Shown piece after piece: positions 24,144 through 37,245 of a stretch of 64,000 nt of DNA. The notes below the pieces were generated by a model that ran no database searches, had not been told where the DNA came from, and saw nothing but the letters and a program-made list of their open reading frames with translations. A program made the position numbers and the translations under genes. The DNA is from Mobula hypostoma (lineage: Eukaryota): positions 124,746,001-124,810,000 of the forward strand of contig NC_086097.1 in assembly GCF_963921235.1 (NCBI RefSeq), written 5' to 3'. Position 1 is the stretch's first letter. Each line of letters starts with the position of its first letter.

Positions 24144-24890
24144 CATTAGCGAAACGATTAGTGTAACACTTTATAGCGCCAGTGACCTGGGCTAATTCAG
24201 TCCGTTAGCGTAATGTTTTATAGCGCCAGTGACCTGGGCCAATTCAGTCCATTAGCGTAACGGTTTACAGAGCCAGTGACCTGGGCTAATTCAGTCCATT
24301 AGTGTAACGCTTTATAGTGCCAGTGACCTGGGCCAATTCATTCTATTAGTGTAATTCTTTATAGCGCCAGTGATCTGGGCTAATTCAGTTCGTTAGTGTA
24401 GCAGTTTACAGAGCCAGTGACCTGGGCTAATTCAGTCCGTTAGCAAAACGATTAGCATAACAGTTTATAGTGCCAGTGATCTGGGCTAATTCAGTCTGTT
24501 AGTGTAGCAGTTTACAGAGGCAGTGACCTGGGCTAATTCAGTCCGTGAGCAAAACGATTAGCATAACAGTTTATAGTGCCAGTGATGTGGGCTAATTCAG
24601 TCCATTAGTGTAATGCTTTATAGTGCCAGTGACCTGGGCCAATTCAATCCATTAGCGTAACACTTTATAGTGCCTGTGACCTGGGCTAATTCAGTCCATC
24701 AGCGAAACGATTAGTGTAACACTTTATAGCGCCAGTGACCTGGGCCAATTCAGTCCATTAGTGTAACGGTTTACAGAGCGAGTGACCTGGGCCAATTCAG
24801 TCCATTAGTGTAACGGTTTACAGAGCGAATGACCTGGGCCAATTCAATCCATTAGCGTAGCGGTTTACAGCGCCAGCACTCTGGGCCAGT
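24144..24890 (+). repeat. 47-bp tandem array (~15 copies) of a SINE tRNA-like head segment
   Basis: Unit attagcgtaacRctttaYagcgccagtgacctgggcYaattcagtcc with occasional ~12-bp insert; runs directly into a SINE body. Confidence 0.93.
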
Positions 24891-25090
24891 TCTGCCATCG
24901 TCTGTAAGGAGTTTGCATGTTCTCCCCATGACCACGTGGGTTTCCTCTGGGTGCTCGGGTTAGTGAGTTGTGGGCATTCCATGAGGGGCCCAGACATTTC
25001 TGGGCTGCCTCCCAGAATAATCCTTGGACTATGTTGATTGTTAACACAAAATGTTGTGTTTCACTGTACCTGCAACAAATAAAGCGAATC
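24850..25090 (+). mobile_element. V-domain (HE1-like) tRNA SINE body
   Basis: V-domain tgtaaggagtttgcatgttctccccatgaccacgtgggtttcctctgggtgctc; aataaag tail. Confidence 0.8.
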
Positions 25091-25989
25091 TCTGTACATT
25101 TAGGAGCAGCATAAGGTCAAGTGGCTGCTCTCCAGGCAACTGAGAGTGGATGTTATAACCCAAGGTAGTTGATCTTGAACTTGTAAATCTTCCCTGCCAT
25201 TTCCTCTTTTATAGTCTAACAACATCCCTTCCTTGCTGTCAGTCAACAGAGGTCTACCTCAAGGCTGCGTGCTTAGCCTCCTGATCTACTTTCTATGCAC
25301 ACGATCATGTGGCCAAGCAGTCTTATATATAAATCCACCCGGACATCTTTGTTGTCGGAATAATCAGCTTATTGGAGCAAGATAGGACATTTGGTTGACT
25401 GGTGGCGAAAATAACAATCTCTCACTGAGCATCAGTTGAACCACAAAGCTGATTGTTGACCTCAGGAAGGAGAAGGAAGACAAACAGGCCCCAGTCTACA
25501 TTGGGGGCCGGGGCGGGGGGGAGGAAATGGCACTGGAGATGTGGAGAGCGGAGTCAGTGGGCCAAGCCCTATTTCTGTTGTGTGTATCTCTGTAATTCTA
25601 TAGCAAGGGTAGGCCATTCTGCCCTTCAAATCTTCCCTGTTATTCAATATGATCATGACTCAGGACTGATCCTCGCCTCATACCCATTGATAACCTTTCC
25701 TTGTGACTAGAAATCTATACAACAACTAGAGCTCTGCAGGCTTCTAGGGCAGAGAATTCCGATTCAGATTTATTTATCACATGTACATCGAAATATAAAT
25801 TGAAATGTGTCATTTACGTTAACAGCCAACACACCCGAGGGTGTGCAGGGGGCAGCCCACAAGTGTTGCCACACGTAACACCCACCATGTTCAGCAGAAC
25901 AACAGAAACAGTAACAATAACAAGAAACCAACAACAGCACAACAAACCCCTCACACTCACCAGAATGCAGGAGATTGAAGTGTATGAGA

Positions 25990-26731
25990 TGTTACATGTC
26001 CACGGTTTCGTTTTCCTGGGAGTCCATAGTTTCATTTACCGTGGGCGTCACGTGTCCCCAGTTTCGTCTCTGTGAGCGTTACCTTATGACGTATGCCGAT
26101 GGTATAAAAGAAATATGGATAGTGCTGAGAGGGAGTGGGGGGAGTCGAAGGAAAGAGAGAGAGAGTGAAGATTGCAGACTTCGAGCTATCTGGGAACAGC
26201 TCATGATCAAGAAGGGTAAAGTCTAATGCTTACCCATACCCAAAGGATTGGGTTAATCAGCGGCACACTGTGCATTGTGGAGACGTGTCTGTCCTTCATA
26301 TGATCCATGGGTGTGGATTTCGTGACAGTCACTTCGTGAAATCGCTCTTCATGGGCTTCGGAACCGTATTCCTCAGCTGGGATCTTCAGTAACTGTTTCT
26401 TCGTTCGCCAGCCGTGGAATCTTTGGAATTCGCCGTGATCGCCTCGTCGCTGCATTGTGAATCCACAACTCTCCTCTCACCTATTTCGTGAATTACTGGG
26501 ACTCTGAACTGCCACTTTACGACTGTGCTTGAGTAAGATTTGTTAAGAATGGGTTCTATGTTTGACTGTAAGGGAGCTGTAGACTCATAACACGGTTAAT
26601 TTCTGTTTAAGAAAGTAGTTTGTTTAATTTACTGAATTTTTGAGTCGATGTAAATAAATATAGTGGTTTTAATATTAAAACCCGACTCAATTTGTCATCT
26701 CATGCTACTGGTACGTTACGAAGTCGTAACA
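25990..26731 (+). mobile_element. Solo LTR (742 bp) inserted in a CR1 fragment
   Basis: TGTTAC...GTAACA; TSD gaga/aaga restores CR1 gtgtat[aaga]tcatgaggg; TATA gtataaaag at ~26102; aataaa at ~26653. Confidence 0.85.
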
Positions 26732-27056
26732 AAGATCATGAGGGTGAAAGCCTGTTAGAGGGAGCTAAAAGCAAAAGGTCAGTGGTCTAAGGTCAAAGGA
26801 AAGAGATTTAAAGGGATCACTGGTGAAGCCCCCACAATCACTTTTCCATAAACTTACCATATCTCCATTACTTGCCCTGCCTAACAAACCAATATCTACT
26901 ACAGATCACCAACACAATGACAAGGCAGCTCAGGAGATGTTGACAGAGAAATTAAATTTCAAAGCAAATTTATTATCAAAGACTTCTGCACACAATACTG
27001 CAGTAATTTTATTTATTGCACTGTTCTACAGTTGCTGCCAGAAAATTTCATAAAAT

Positions 27057-30000
27057 TTCAATGCACGTAGCATAAGAAATAAAATGGACGATCTTGAAAT
27101 TCAGCTTGAAATTCGGCAAGTATGATGTTGTGGCCATCTCTGAACCTTGGCTAAACGATGGCTGCCATTGGGAGCTGAACGTCCAACGTCCACAGTGTAT
27201 CAGAAAGCTAGGTTAGTTGGCAGAGGGGGTGGTGTGGCTCTGTGTATAAGAAATAATATTAAATCATTGGAAAGAGATGACATAGGATTGGAAGGTGTAG
27301 AGTCTGTATGGGCTGAGTTAAGAAATTGCAAGGGTAAAAGGACCCTAATGGCAGTTGTATACAGGCCTCCAAACAGCAGCCAGGATGTGGATTATAAATT
27401 ACAGCAGGAGATAGAAAAGGCATATCAGAAAGGCAATGTCATGATAATCATTGGGGATTCTAACATGAAAGTGGATTGGGAAAACCAGGTCATTTCTGGA
27501 CCTCAAGGGAGAGAACTTGTAGAATGTCCAAGGGATGGCTGTTTAGAACAGCTTGTTGTTGAGCCCACTAGGGAATTGGCTATGCTGGATTGGGTGCTGT
27601 GCAATTATCTGGAGGTGATAAGAGAGCTTAACGTTAAGGAACCCTTAGGGATCAATGATCACAATATGATCGAGTTCACTTTGAAGTTTGAGAGGGAAAA
27701 AATCAAATCCAATGTGTCAGTATTTCAGAGGAATAAAGGAAATTACAATGGCATGAGAGGGGAACTGGCTGAAGGTGACTGGAAAGGGACATTTGCAGGA
27801 AGGACAGCAGAGCATCAATGGCTGGAGTTTCTGCAAAAATGAGGGAAGTGCAAGACAGGTATATTCCAAATAAGAAATTTTCAAAGGGAAGAAGGACACT
27901 ACTGTGGCTGACAAGTGAAGTCAGAGCCAAAGTAAAAGCAAAAGAGAGGGCATACAAGGAAGCCAGAGCTAGTGGGAAGACAGAGGATTGGGGAGCTTTT
28001 AAAAACTTGCAGAAGGAAACTAAGAAGGTCATTTGGAAAGAAAAGGTGAATTATGAGAGGAAGCTGGCAAATAATACCAAAGATGATACTAAAAGCTCTT
28101 TTAAATATATAAAGGGTAAAAGAGAGTTGAGGGTAGATTAGGACCATACAAAATGATGCTGGAGATATTGTAATGAGAGATGCAGAGATGGCAGAGGAAC
28201 TGAATGTATATTTTGCATCGGTCTTCACAGTGGAAGACGTCTGCAGTATACTGGACATTCAAGAGTGTCAGGGAAGTGAAGTTTGTGCAGTGAAAATTAT
28301 GACTAAGAAAGTGCTCAGGAAGCTTAATGAGGTTGGACAAATCTCCTGGATCTGATGGAATACACCCTCGGGTTCTGAAGGAAGTAGCTGGAGAGATTGC
28401 GGAGGCATTAACAATGATCTTTCATTGTTAGTGCACCTGTGGCTGACCAGGGAAATTAGGGATAGTATCAATTCCAAAGAAGAAACATACAAATTAGACA
28501 GAAAAAACGGCTCACCTGAGGAGTGGGAGAAATTCAGAGTCCAGCAGAGGAGGACAAAGGGCTTAGTTAGGAAAGGGGAAAAAAGATTATGAGAGAAAAC
28601 TGTCAGGGAACATAAAAACTGACTGTAAAAGTTTTTATAGATATGTGAAAAGAAAAAGATTGGCTAAGACAAATGTAGGTCCCTTACAGTCAGAAACAGA
28701 TGAATTAATCATGGGAATAAGGACATGGCAGACCTATTGAATAACTACTTTGGTTCTGTCTTCACTAAGCAGGACATAAATAATCTTCCGGAAATAATAG
28801 GGGACCAAGGGTCTAGTGAGATGGAGGAACTTGAGGGAAATACCTGTTAGTAGGGAAGTGGTGTTAGGTAAATTGAAGGGATTGAAGGCAGATAAATCCC
28901 CAGGGCCAGATGGTCTGCATCCCAGAGTGCTTAAGGAAGTAGCCCAAGAAATAGTGGATGCATTAGTGATAATTTTTCAAAACTCTTTAGACTCTGGACT
29001 AGTTCCTAAGGATTGGAGGGTGGCTAATGTAACCCCGCTTTTTAAAAAAAGGAGGGAGAGAGAAACCAGGGAATTATAGACCAGTTAGCCTAACATTGGT
29101 GGTGGGGGAAATGCTAGAGTCAGTTATCAAAGCTGTCATAACAGCACATTTGGAAAGCAGTGAAATCATCGGACAAAGTCAGCATGGATTTGTGAAAGGA
29201 AAATAATGTCTGACGAATCTCATAGAATTTTTGAGGATGTATCTAGTAGAGTGGATAGGGGAGAACCAGTGGATGTGGTATATTTGGATTTTCAAGAGGC
29301 TTTTGACAAGGTCCCACACAGGAGATTAGTGTGCAAACTTAAAGCACACGGTATTGGGTGTATGGTATTGATGTGGATAGAGAATTGGTTGGCAGACAGG
29401 AAGCAAAGAGTGGGAGTAAACGGGACCTTTTCAGAATGGCAGGCAGTGACTAGTGGGGTACCGCAAGGCTTAGTGCTGGGACCCCAGTTATTTACAATAT
29501 ATATTAATGACTAGACAAGGGAATTAAATGCAGCATCTCCAAGTTTGCGGATGACACGAAGCTGGGCAGCAGTGTTAGCTGTGAGGAGGATGCTAAGAGG
29601 ATGCAGGGTGACTTGGATAGGTTAGGCGAGTGGGCAAATTCATGGGAGATGCAATTTAATGTGGATAAAGGTAAGGTTATCCACTTTGGTGGCAAAAACA
29701 GGAAAACAGATTATTATCCGAATGGTGGCCGATTAGGAAAAGGGGAGGTGCAACGAGACCTGAGTGTCATTATACACCAGTCATTGAAAGTGGGCATGCA
29801 GGTACAGCAGGCAGTGAAAAAGGTGAATGGTATGCTGGCATTCATAGCAAGAGGATTCAAGTACAGGAGCAGGGAGGTACTACTGCAGTTGTACAAGGCC
29901 TTGGTGAGACCACACCTGGAGCACTGTGTGCAGTTTTGGTCCCCTAATCTGAGGAAAGACATTCTTGCCATAGAGGGAGTACAAAGAAGGTTCACCAGAT

Positions 30001-31975
30001 TGATTCCTGGGATGGCAGGACTTTCATATGATGAAAGACTGGATCGACTAGGCTTATACTCGCTGGAATTTAAAAGATTGAGGGGGAATCTTATTGAAAC
30101 GTATAAAATTCTAAAGGGATTGGACAGGCTAGATGCAGGAAGATTGTTCCCGATGTTGGGGAAGTCCAGAATGAGGGGTCACAGATTGAGGATAAAGGGG
30201 AAGCCTTTTAGGACCGAGATGAGGAAGAACTTCTTCACACAGAGAGTGGTGAATCTGTGGAATTCTCTGCCACAGGAAACAGTTGAGGCCAGTTCATTGG
30301 CTATATTTAAGAGGGAGTTAGATATGGCCCTTGTGGCTACGGGGATCAGGGGGTATGGAGAGAAGGCAGGTACAGGGTTCTGAATTGGATGATCAGCCAT
30401 GATCATACTGAATGGCAGTGCAGGCTCGAAGGGCCAAATGGCCTACTCCTGCACTTATTTTCTATGTTTCTATGTCTCAAGAATTGATAGATTCTGGCAT
30501 TGTACCAGATGACTGGAAAATTGCAAATGTTGCTCCACTATTTAAGAAGGGTGGGAAGCAGCAGAAAGGAAACTATAGACCTGTTAGCCTGACATCAGTG
30601 GTTGGGAAGTTGTTGGAATTGATTGTTCGGGATGAGATTACGGAGTACCTGGAAGCACATGACAAGATAGGCCAAAGCCAGCATGGTTTCCCGAAAGGAA
30701 GATCCTGCCTGACAAACCTACTGCAATTCTTTGAGGAAGTTACAAGCAGGGTAGACAAAGCAGATGCAATAGACATAGTGTACTTGGATTTTCAGAAGGC
30801 CTTTGACGAGGTGCCACATATGAGGCTGAAAGATAAGAGCCCATGGAATTACAGGGACGTTACCAGCATGGGTGGAGCATTGGCTGGTCGGCAGAAAACA
30901 TAGAGTGGGAATAAAGGGATCCTATTCTGTCTGGCTGCTGGCTACCAGTGGAGTTCCACAGGGGTTGGTGTTGGGACCGTTACTTTTTATGATGTATGTC
31001 AATGAATCAGACTACGGTATTAAGGGATTTGTGACTAAATTTGCCGATGATACAAAGATAGGTGGAGGAGCGGGTAGTGTTGAGGAAACAGAGAGCCTGC
31101 AGAGAGACTTAGATAGTTTAGGGGAATGGGCAAAGAAGTGGCAAATGTAATACAATGTTGGAAAGTGTATGGTCATGCACTTTGGTGGAAGAAATAAATG
31201 GGCAGACTATTATTTAGATGGGTAGAAAATTCAAAATGCAGAGATGCAAAGAGACTTGGGAGTCCTTGTGCAAGATACCCTAAAGGTTAACCTGCAGGTT
31301 GAGTCGGTTGTGAAGAAGGCGAATGCAATGTTGGCATTCATTGCTAGAGGTATAGAATATAAGAGCTGGGATGTGATGTTGAGGTTCTATAAGGCACTCG
31401 TGAGACCACACTTGGAGTTTTGTGTGCAGTTTTAGGCTCCTTGTTTTAGAAAGGATATACTAACATTGGAGAGGGTTCAGAGAAGATTCACAAGAATGAT
31501 TCCAGGAATGAGAGGGTTACCGTATGAGGGCCGTCCGGCAGCTCTTGGGCTGTGTTCCGTGGAGTTCAAGAGAATGAGGGGGGATATTATAGGAACGTTC
31601 CAAAGGCTAAAAGGCCTGAACAGATTAGATATGGCAAAGTTATTTCCCATGGTAGGGGATTCTATAACAAGAGGACATGACTTCAGGATTGAAGGACAAC
31701 CATTTAGAACTGAGATGCAGAGAAATTACTTTAGTTAGAGGGTGGTAAATCTGTGGAATTTGTTGCCATGAGCGGCTGTGGAGGCCAAGTCATTTGGGTG
31801 CATTTAAGGCAGAGATAGATAGGTTCTTGCTTAGCTAGGACATCAAAGGGTATGGGGAGAAGGCAGGGGAGTGGGGATGACTGGATGAAGTGGATCAGTC
31901 CATGATTGAATGGCAGAGCAGACTCGATGGGCTGAATGGCCTACTCTGCTCCTAAATCATATTGTCTTGTATGTG
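27057..31975 (+). mobile_element. Near full-length CR1 ORF2 (APE endonuclease plus RT), decayed and split by a second CR1
   Basis: NARSIRNK, GGGVALCI, VVYRPPNS, IIGDSNM (APE); RT NYRPVSLTS, YLDFQKAFD, GVPQG, KFADDTK; CR1 3' tail. Confidence 0.95.
28425..30475 (+). mobile_element. Younger 5'-truncated CR1 nested in the CR1 above
   Basis: Host frame ALTMIF breaks at 28424 and resumes QELIDSG at ~30478; insert has its own RT, an intact 260-aa C-terminal ORF (29601-30383) and tctatgtttctatg tail. Confidence 0.93.
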
Positions 31976-32329
31976 AGTGATGATAAACCTGATTCTGATG
32001 TGGGTCTCTATTGTGGACTGAGAGTGGGAAGGGGGCGGGGATTGGGGAATCATGGTTGGGAAAGAGGGAAGGGAGGGGGAGGGAATGGGAAACACCGGAA
32101 AGACATTCTGTAATGATCAATAAATCAGTTGTTTGGAATCAAATGATTTTCCTGGTGTCTCAGGGCTAGGTATGTCTACACCCACCTCACCCCTGCTCCT
32201 TGCACTCCTTCTCTGCCACCTGCCCCATGCTCCTCCTGTGGCATTCCACCCTCGCCACTCCCAACATCCTTTGCTCCCACTAGATTCTTGCTCTCTGCTT
32301 CATGTTGACAACTGCAGTACCATGCAAAG

Positions 32330-33440
32330 GCCTTAGCCATCCTAAACTCTTTATGCCTAAAATCTTTGCACAGTACTGTACTGTATGTCACCATATACTA
32401 CCCTGAGATTCAGTTTCTTGCAGGCATTCACAGTAAAGCAAGAAAATACAAAATAGTGACTGAAAAAATATACACAAAGGCTGACAAACGACCGAAGTGC
32501 AAACTGTGGAAAATACAAGAAAAACAATAAACAAGTAAATAATAAATAGATAGATTAATAAATGAGAACATGAGTTGTAGAGTCCTTGAAAATGAGTCCG
32601 TAAATTGAGGAAAATCAATGAGCCTGATGACAGAAGGATAATTGTTATGCTTTGTAACCAAACAATAATCTAATTGCAAGAAGACAGGAGCCCAAGAGAT
32701 GTGAGTCTTAGTTTGTTCTTTACTTTAGTGAGACACACACATATCATGTGGTAGCATCATGATGAATTCAATTCACTTATTTTTACATATAACCTGTAAT
32801 GAATTATTTAAATAAACAAGAATGCTTAATCAAATAATATATTAATAATATTACTCAAATACTACTGAAGTATTAAATGCACAATTGTAATAACTGTCCC
32901 TTAACCTGGTGAGAGAAGAGAGAGAGAGAATGTCGACTCTCTGTCTCTCTCTCTTTCTCTAACCTGGTGGTGTGGGACCTAAGGCTCCTGTACCTCCTTC
33001 TGAACATCACCAGTGAGAAGGGAGCATAGCCTAAACAAGAGAAAATCTGCAGATGCTGGAAATCCAAGCAACACACACAAAGCACTGGAGGAACTCAGCA
33101 GGCCAGGCAGCATCTATGGAAAAGAGTACAGTCGAAGTTTCAGGCCGAGACCCTTCGGCAGGTCCTGGATGGTGCGGGGGTCCTTGATAACAGATGCTGC
33201 TTCCTGTAGATGTGCTCACGATGGGGAGGGCCTTTCCGGTGATGGATTGGGCCATATACAGCACTTCTTGTAGCCTTCTCTATCCTTGGGCATCGGCGTT
33301 TCCATACCAGGCTGTGATGTAACCAGTCAGGATACACTCCTCTGTGCATCTGTAGGAGTTCATCAAAGTTTCAGATGACATGCTGAATCTGCACAAACTT
33401 CCGAGAAAGTAGCTGTTGTGCCTGCTTTGTTATAGCACTT
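32330..33440 (-). mobile_element. Rex1/Babar 3' fragments interrupted by a Penelope pLTR (33034-33165) and an AT-rich insert
   Basis: SILTGYITAWYG-like motif and RYRSLRSHTTR on the minus strand. Confidence 0.65.
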
Positions 33441-35271
33441 CCTCTGATATGATAATACAAAGGAATTTAAAATTACTGAGGTAATTTACCCTAGCAATTT
33501 AAATCTGCTGAGGTAAAGTGAGCTGTCACTATAACTAACATGGAGATCTCACAGTAAAACCCTAGCAAGAACCACTTTTAGTTCATAATAGAGTGACTAA
33601 TGAATGTTGTATGGTCAGTACTATCGGCAACAAAAGGAGGACAACTACAGTAATTTAAAATAAGGAGCTGCCTAAGCATAAAATGATTCAGTTGCATGCG
33701 TGCAAATAAGAAACACCGTTCTTTTATGATTTAGGACCACTGTGCAATAGTTCAAATGAAAGGACTTCAAATGGATGAATGAGTCCTGCTGCAGGGTTTT
33801 GGCCTGAAATGTCCACTTTATTCCTCTCTGTAGATGCTGCCTGACCTGCTGATTTCCTCCAGCATTTTGTGTGTGTGACAATGAACGACTATAATAGCAG
33901 CATTTTTAAAAAATGCTGAAATAAAGACTGGTTGCATTGAGTTGTTTATCCTTTCAATCCCAGAGGGCAAAACGGTCATGGGTTCATTTACAGGGCTGTG
34001 CTGACTTGCTTCATTTTAGTCAGGTGTCAGCACGTACCACAATTATAGCACGTGGAAGATAATATTGAAAGGGTCTACTCCACAGGAGTGGGCGAAACAG
34101 GCACACCGGGTCACATGGAGAGATCTGAAAGGATGGGATTAAAAGTTTGGTCAAAGAGATAGACTTCAGTGTGCATCTTAAAAGAAGGAGAGAGAAGTGG
34201 GGAAGAGCAGAGGGGTTTTGGCAGGAAATTTCAAAAACAATTTGGATATAAAGTAGACTTTATTATCTGCCTGACCTGCTGAGTTCTGCTAGCATGTTGG
34301 TGTGTGTTGCTCTGGATTTCCAGCATCTGCAGAATCTCTTCTTTTAGACTTTAATACCTAATTAGGTGATTATTAATAAGCAGACAATGATTTACACCTC
34401 ATCTACTACTTTTATAACCAAAATGAAAGTGGACAATTAAATTTCATAATGGTATGACTTTCTATTGCTTCTGGAGTGCTGGCAGCAATTAATCTGACAT
34501 CATTGACAGGATGGCGATACTCTGTACAAGTCATGGAAACATACCTGAGATGAACCGCCCCTGGACACAATCGAATGCTGTTCTTTGTCTCATGTTGTGT
34601 GCGGATTGTAACCTACTTTCCAGAGGAATGTAGCCTCTACTGGCAAAAATGCAAATGGTTTAAACCACTATTCTCTGCCATGATGTCACCGGGAAATAAT
34701 TTTCAAGGAGATCAGATTTCATGTTCTTACCAGAAAATAAATCAGGTAACAACTCCCAAAGCAGCAACAATATCCTGCACCGATATAGCTCCCTTCATAT
34801 AGTAAAACATATTAGTCTTTCACCCAATAGACCATGTGGGGTTATGCGATGAACAGCTTGAACAAAGCAGCGGGTTGAGAAGCCATCTTAAAAAAATATA
34901 AAGAAAGAGAAATTTAGGAAGGACTTAACAGGGCTCTGGGCCTACACATATAGTCACCTATGGAAGGTGATAAAATCCAAGGCCCAATCAACAAACAAGC
35001 TGCTGGAAAAACTCAGCAGGTCGAGCAGCATCTGAAGGAGGAAACCCTTTTTCATTGTTAGTTGCTCCAGATTTCAATGCCTGTGGTCTCTTTCCCCTCC
35101 GTATGTGGAAGACCCAAATTGGAAGAATGCAAGCATCTCAGAGGGATGAGGAGTGGGAAGTTGTTAGAGACATGGTCGGGTTGAGGCTTTGACGAATGAA
35201 AATAAAGGACAGAGTTTTAATACGGAAAGTGTAGGTGTAAGTTAGAGTGCAAGCAACACAGTTTTGAATAA

Positions 35272-35632
35272 GATCATTAGACCTTAACACACAGGAGCAG
35301 AATTAGGCTATTTGGCCCATCAAGTCTATTCCACCATACCATAATGGCTAATTTTTATCCCTCTCAACCCCGTTCGCCTGCTTTCCCCCTGTGCCCTTTG
35401 ACACCCTTACTAATCAAGAATCTATAAAACCCTGCTTTAAATATACTCAATGATTTGTCCTCCACAGCCATCTGTGGTAATGAATTCCCTATTCACCACC
35501 CTCAGGCTAAAGAAATTCCTCCTCATCTCTGTTATAAACAGATGTTCCTCTATTCTCTGGTCCTGGAATCACCCATTATTGGAAACATCTTCTCCACGTC
35601 CACTCTATCCAGGCCCTTCAATATTCGATAGG
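35272..35632 (-). mobile_element. CR1 3' fragment
   Basis: RRNFFSLRVVN motif and CR1 tail on the minus strand. Confidence 0.8.
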
Positions 35633-35649
35633 CCGCAATGAGAAACATT

Positions 35650-37245
35650 CACAAAGTTCTGGAGGGACTCAGGTAGCATTGATGGAGAGGAGTAAACAGT
35701 TGACATTTCGGGCTGAGACTTTTCGTCAGGACTGGAAAGGAAGAGGGAAGAAGCCAGAGTCAGAAGATGGGAAGGAGGGGAAGGAGAACAAGCTGGCAGA
35801 TGATCGGTGAGACCAGGTGAGGCCATGGTGGGTAGGTGGGGGAAAGGGGATGAAATAAGAAGCTGGTAGGTGATAGGTGCATGAAATAAAGGGATGAAGA
35901 ATAAAAAAACATTATTAGAGGAGAGTGGACCACAGAAGAAAGGGAAGATGGAAGGGCACCAGTGGGAGGTGATGGGCAAGTGAGGAGAAGAGAAGGGTTG
36001 AGAGGGGAACTAGAACGGGGAAGGGGAAAAAGCAGAAGGTGGGGGGGTGGTGAAAAAACTATTAGTTAGGGAAATCAATGTTCATGCCATCAGGTTGGAG
36101 GCTACCCAGAAGGAATATGAGATGTTGCACCTCCAATCTGAGTGTGGCCTCATCATGGGAATGGGATATTGAATTGAGATGGGGGTGCACTGGAAAATCC
36201 TGCCATTTTTAGCAGACGGTGCGAAGGTGCAGAATGAAGCCGTCAGCTAATCTACGTTGGGTCTCACCAATGTAGAGGAGATACACTGGGAGCACTGGAT
36301 ACCAGCAGATGACCAGTAGACTTATAGGTGAAGTGTCACCTCACCTAGAAGCCTGTGTGAGGTCCTGAGTGGTGGTGGAGGAGGCAGGTGTAGCACTTGC
36401 CACTTCTGCGGGGCATATGCCAGGAGGGAACCCAGTGGGGGAGGGACACGTAGACAAGTAGAGAGCAATCCCTGCAGGAAGTGGAGAGTAGGAGGAAGGG
36501 AAAGATGTGTTAGCTGGTAGGTTCCTTTAGCAGATGGCAGAAGTTGTGGAGTTATGGAGAAGTGTGGAGATGTGGAGCATTGCATGGTGGTAGATAAGGA
36601 CCAGAGGAACTCCATCCCTGTTACAACAGCAGGAGGATTGGGTGAGGGCAGATGTGCAGGAAATGGAGGATGTGGTTGATAGTAGCATCGATGGTGGTGG
36701 AAGGGAAAACTCTCTTTGAAAAAGGAGGACTTCTCAGATGTTCTAGATTGGAAAGCCTCATCCTAGAAGAGATGTGGCAGAGACAGAGGAACTGAGAAAT
36801 GGAACAGCATTCTGACAAGTGACAGGGTAGGAAGATAGTCAAGATAGCTGGGGTCAGTAGCTATATAAAAGATATCTGTAGACTGTGTGAAAAAGATTGT
36901 GAAAGGGGAGAGGGGTGTCAGAAATGGCCCAAGTAAATTTGAGGGCAGGATGGATATTGGAAGCAAAGTCAATGAAACGGAAGAGTTCAGCATGGGTCCA
37001 TGAAGTAGCTCCAATGCAGTGGAGAAAGAGTTGGGGAGCATTACCTGTGAAGGCTTGGAACATGAACTGCTCCACGTAGCTAAAGACAAGGCAGGCATAG
37101 TTGGAACCCATGCAGGTGCCCAGAGCTGCACCTTGGGTTTGGAGAAAGTGGAAAAAGCCGAAACAGAAATTGACTAGTTCAGCTAGACTTAGGAGGCCGG
37201 TGGCGGAGGGGAACGACTTAGGTCTATTGTCCAGAAAGAAGCAGA
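35650..37245 (-). mobile_element. Penelope-like element, 3' half (RT, GIY-YIG, pLTR)
   Basis: RT motif MGSNYACL..YVEQ...HPALKFTW; GIY-YIG remnant ~36200-36340; hammerhead-bearing pLTR at 35695-35735. Confidence 0.88.

Noticed and set aside
24144..24890. CRISPR-like repeat/spacer appearance
   Set aside because: The apparent spacers are homologous to each other, the context is eukaryotic, and there are no cas genes
27147..31738. Intact autonomous LINE ORF2
   Set aside because: Multiple stops and frameshifts plus a nested insertion; not functional
32643..32885. Possible small solo LTR starting TGTTATG
   Set aside because: No clean CA end or TSD could be identified
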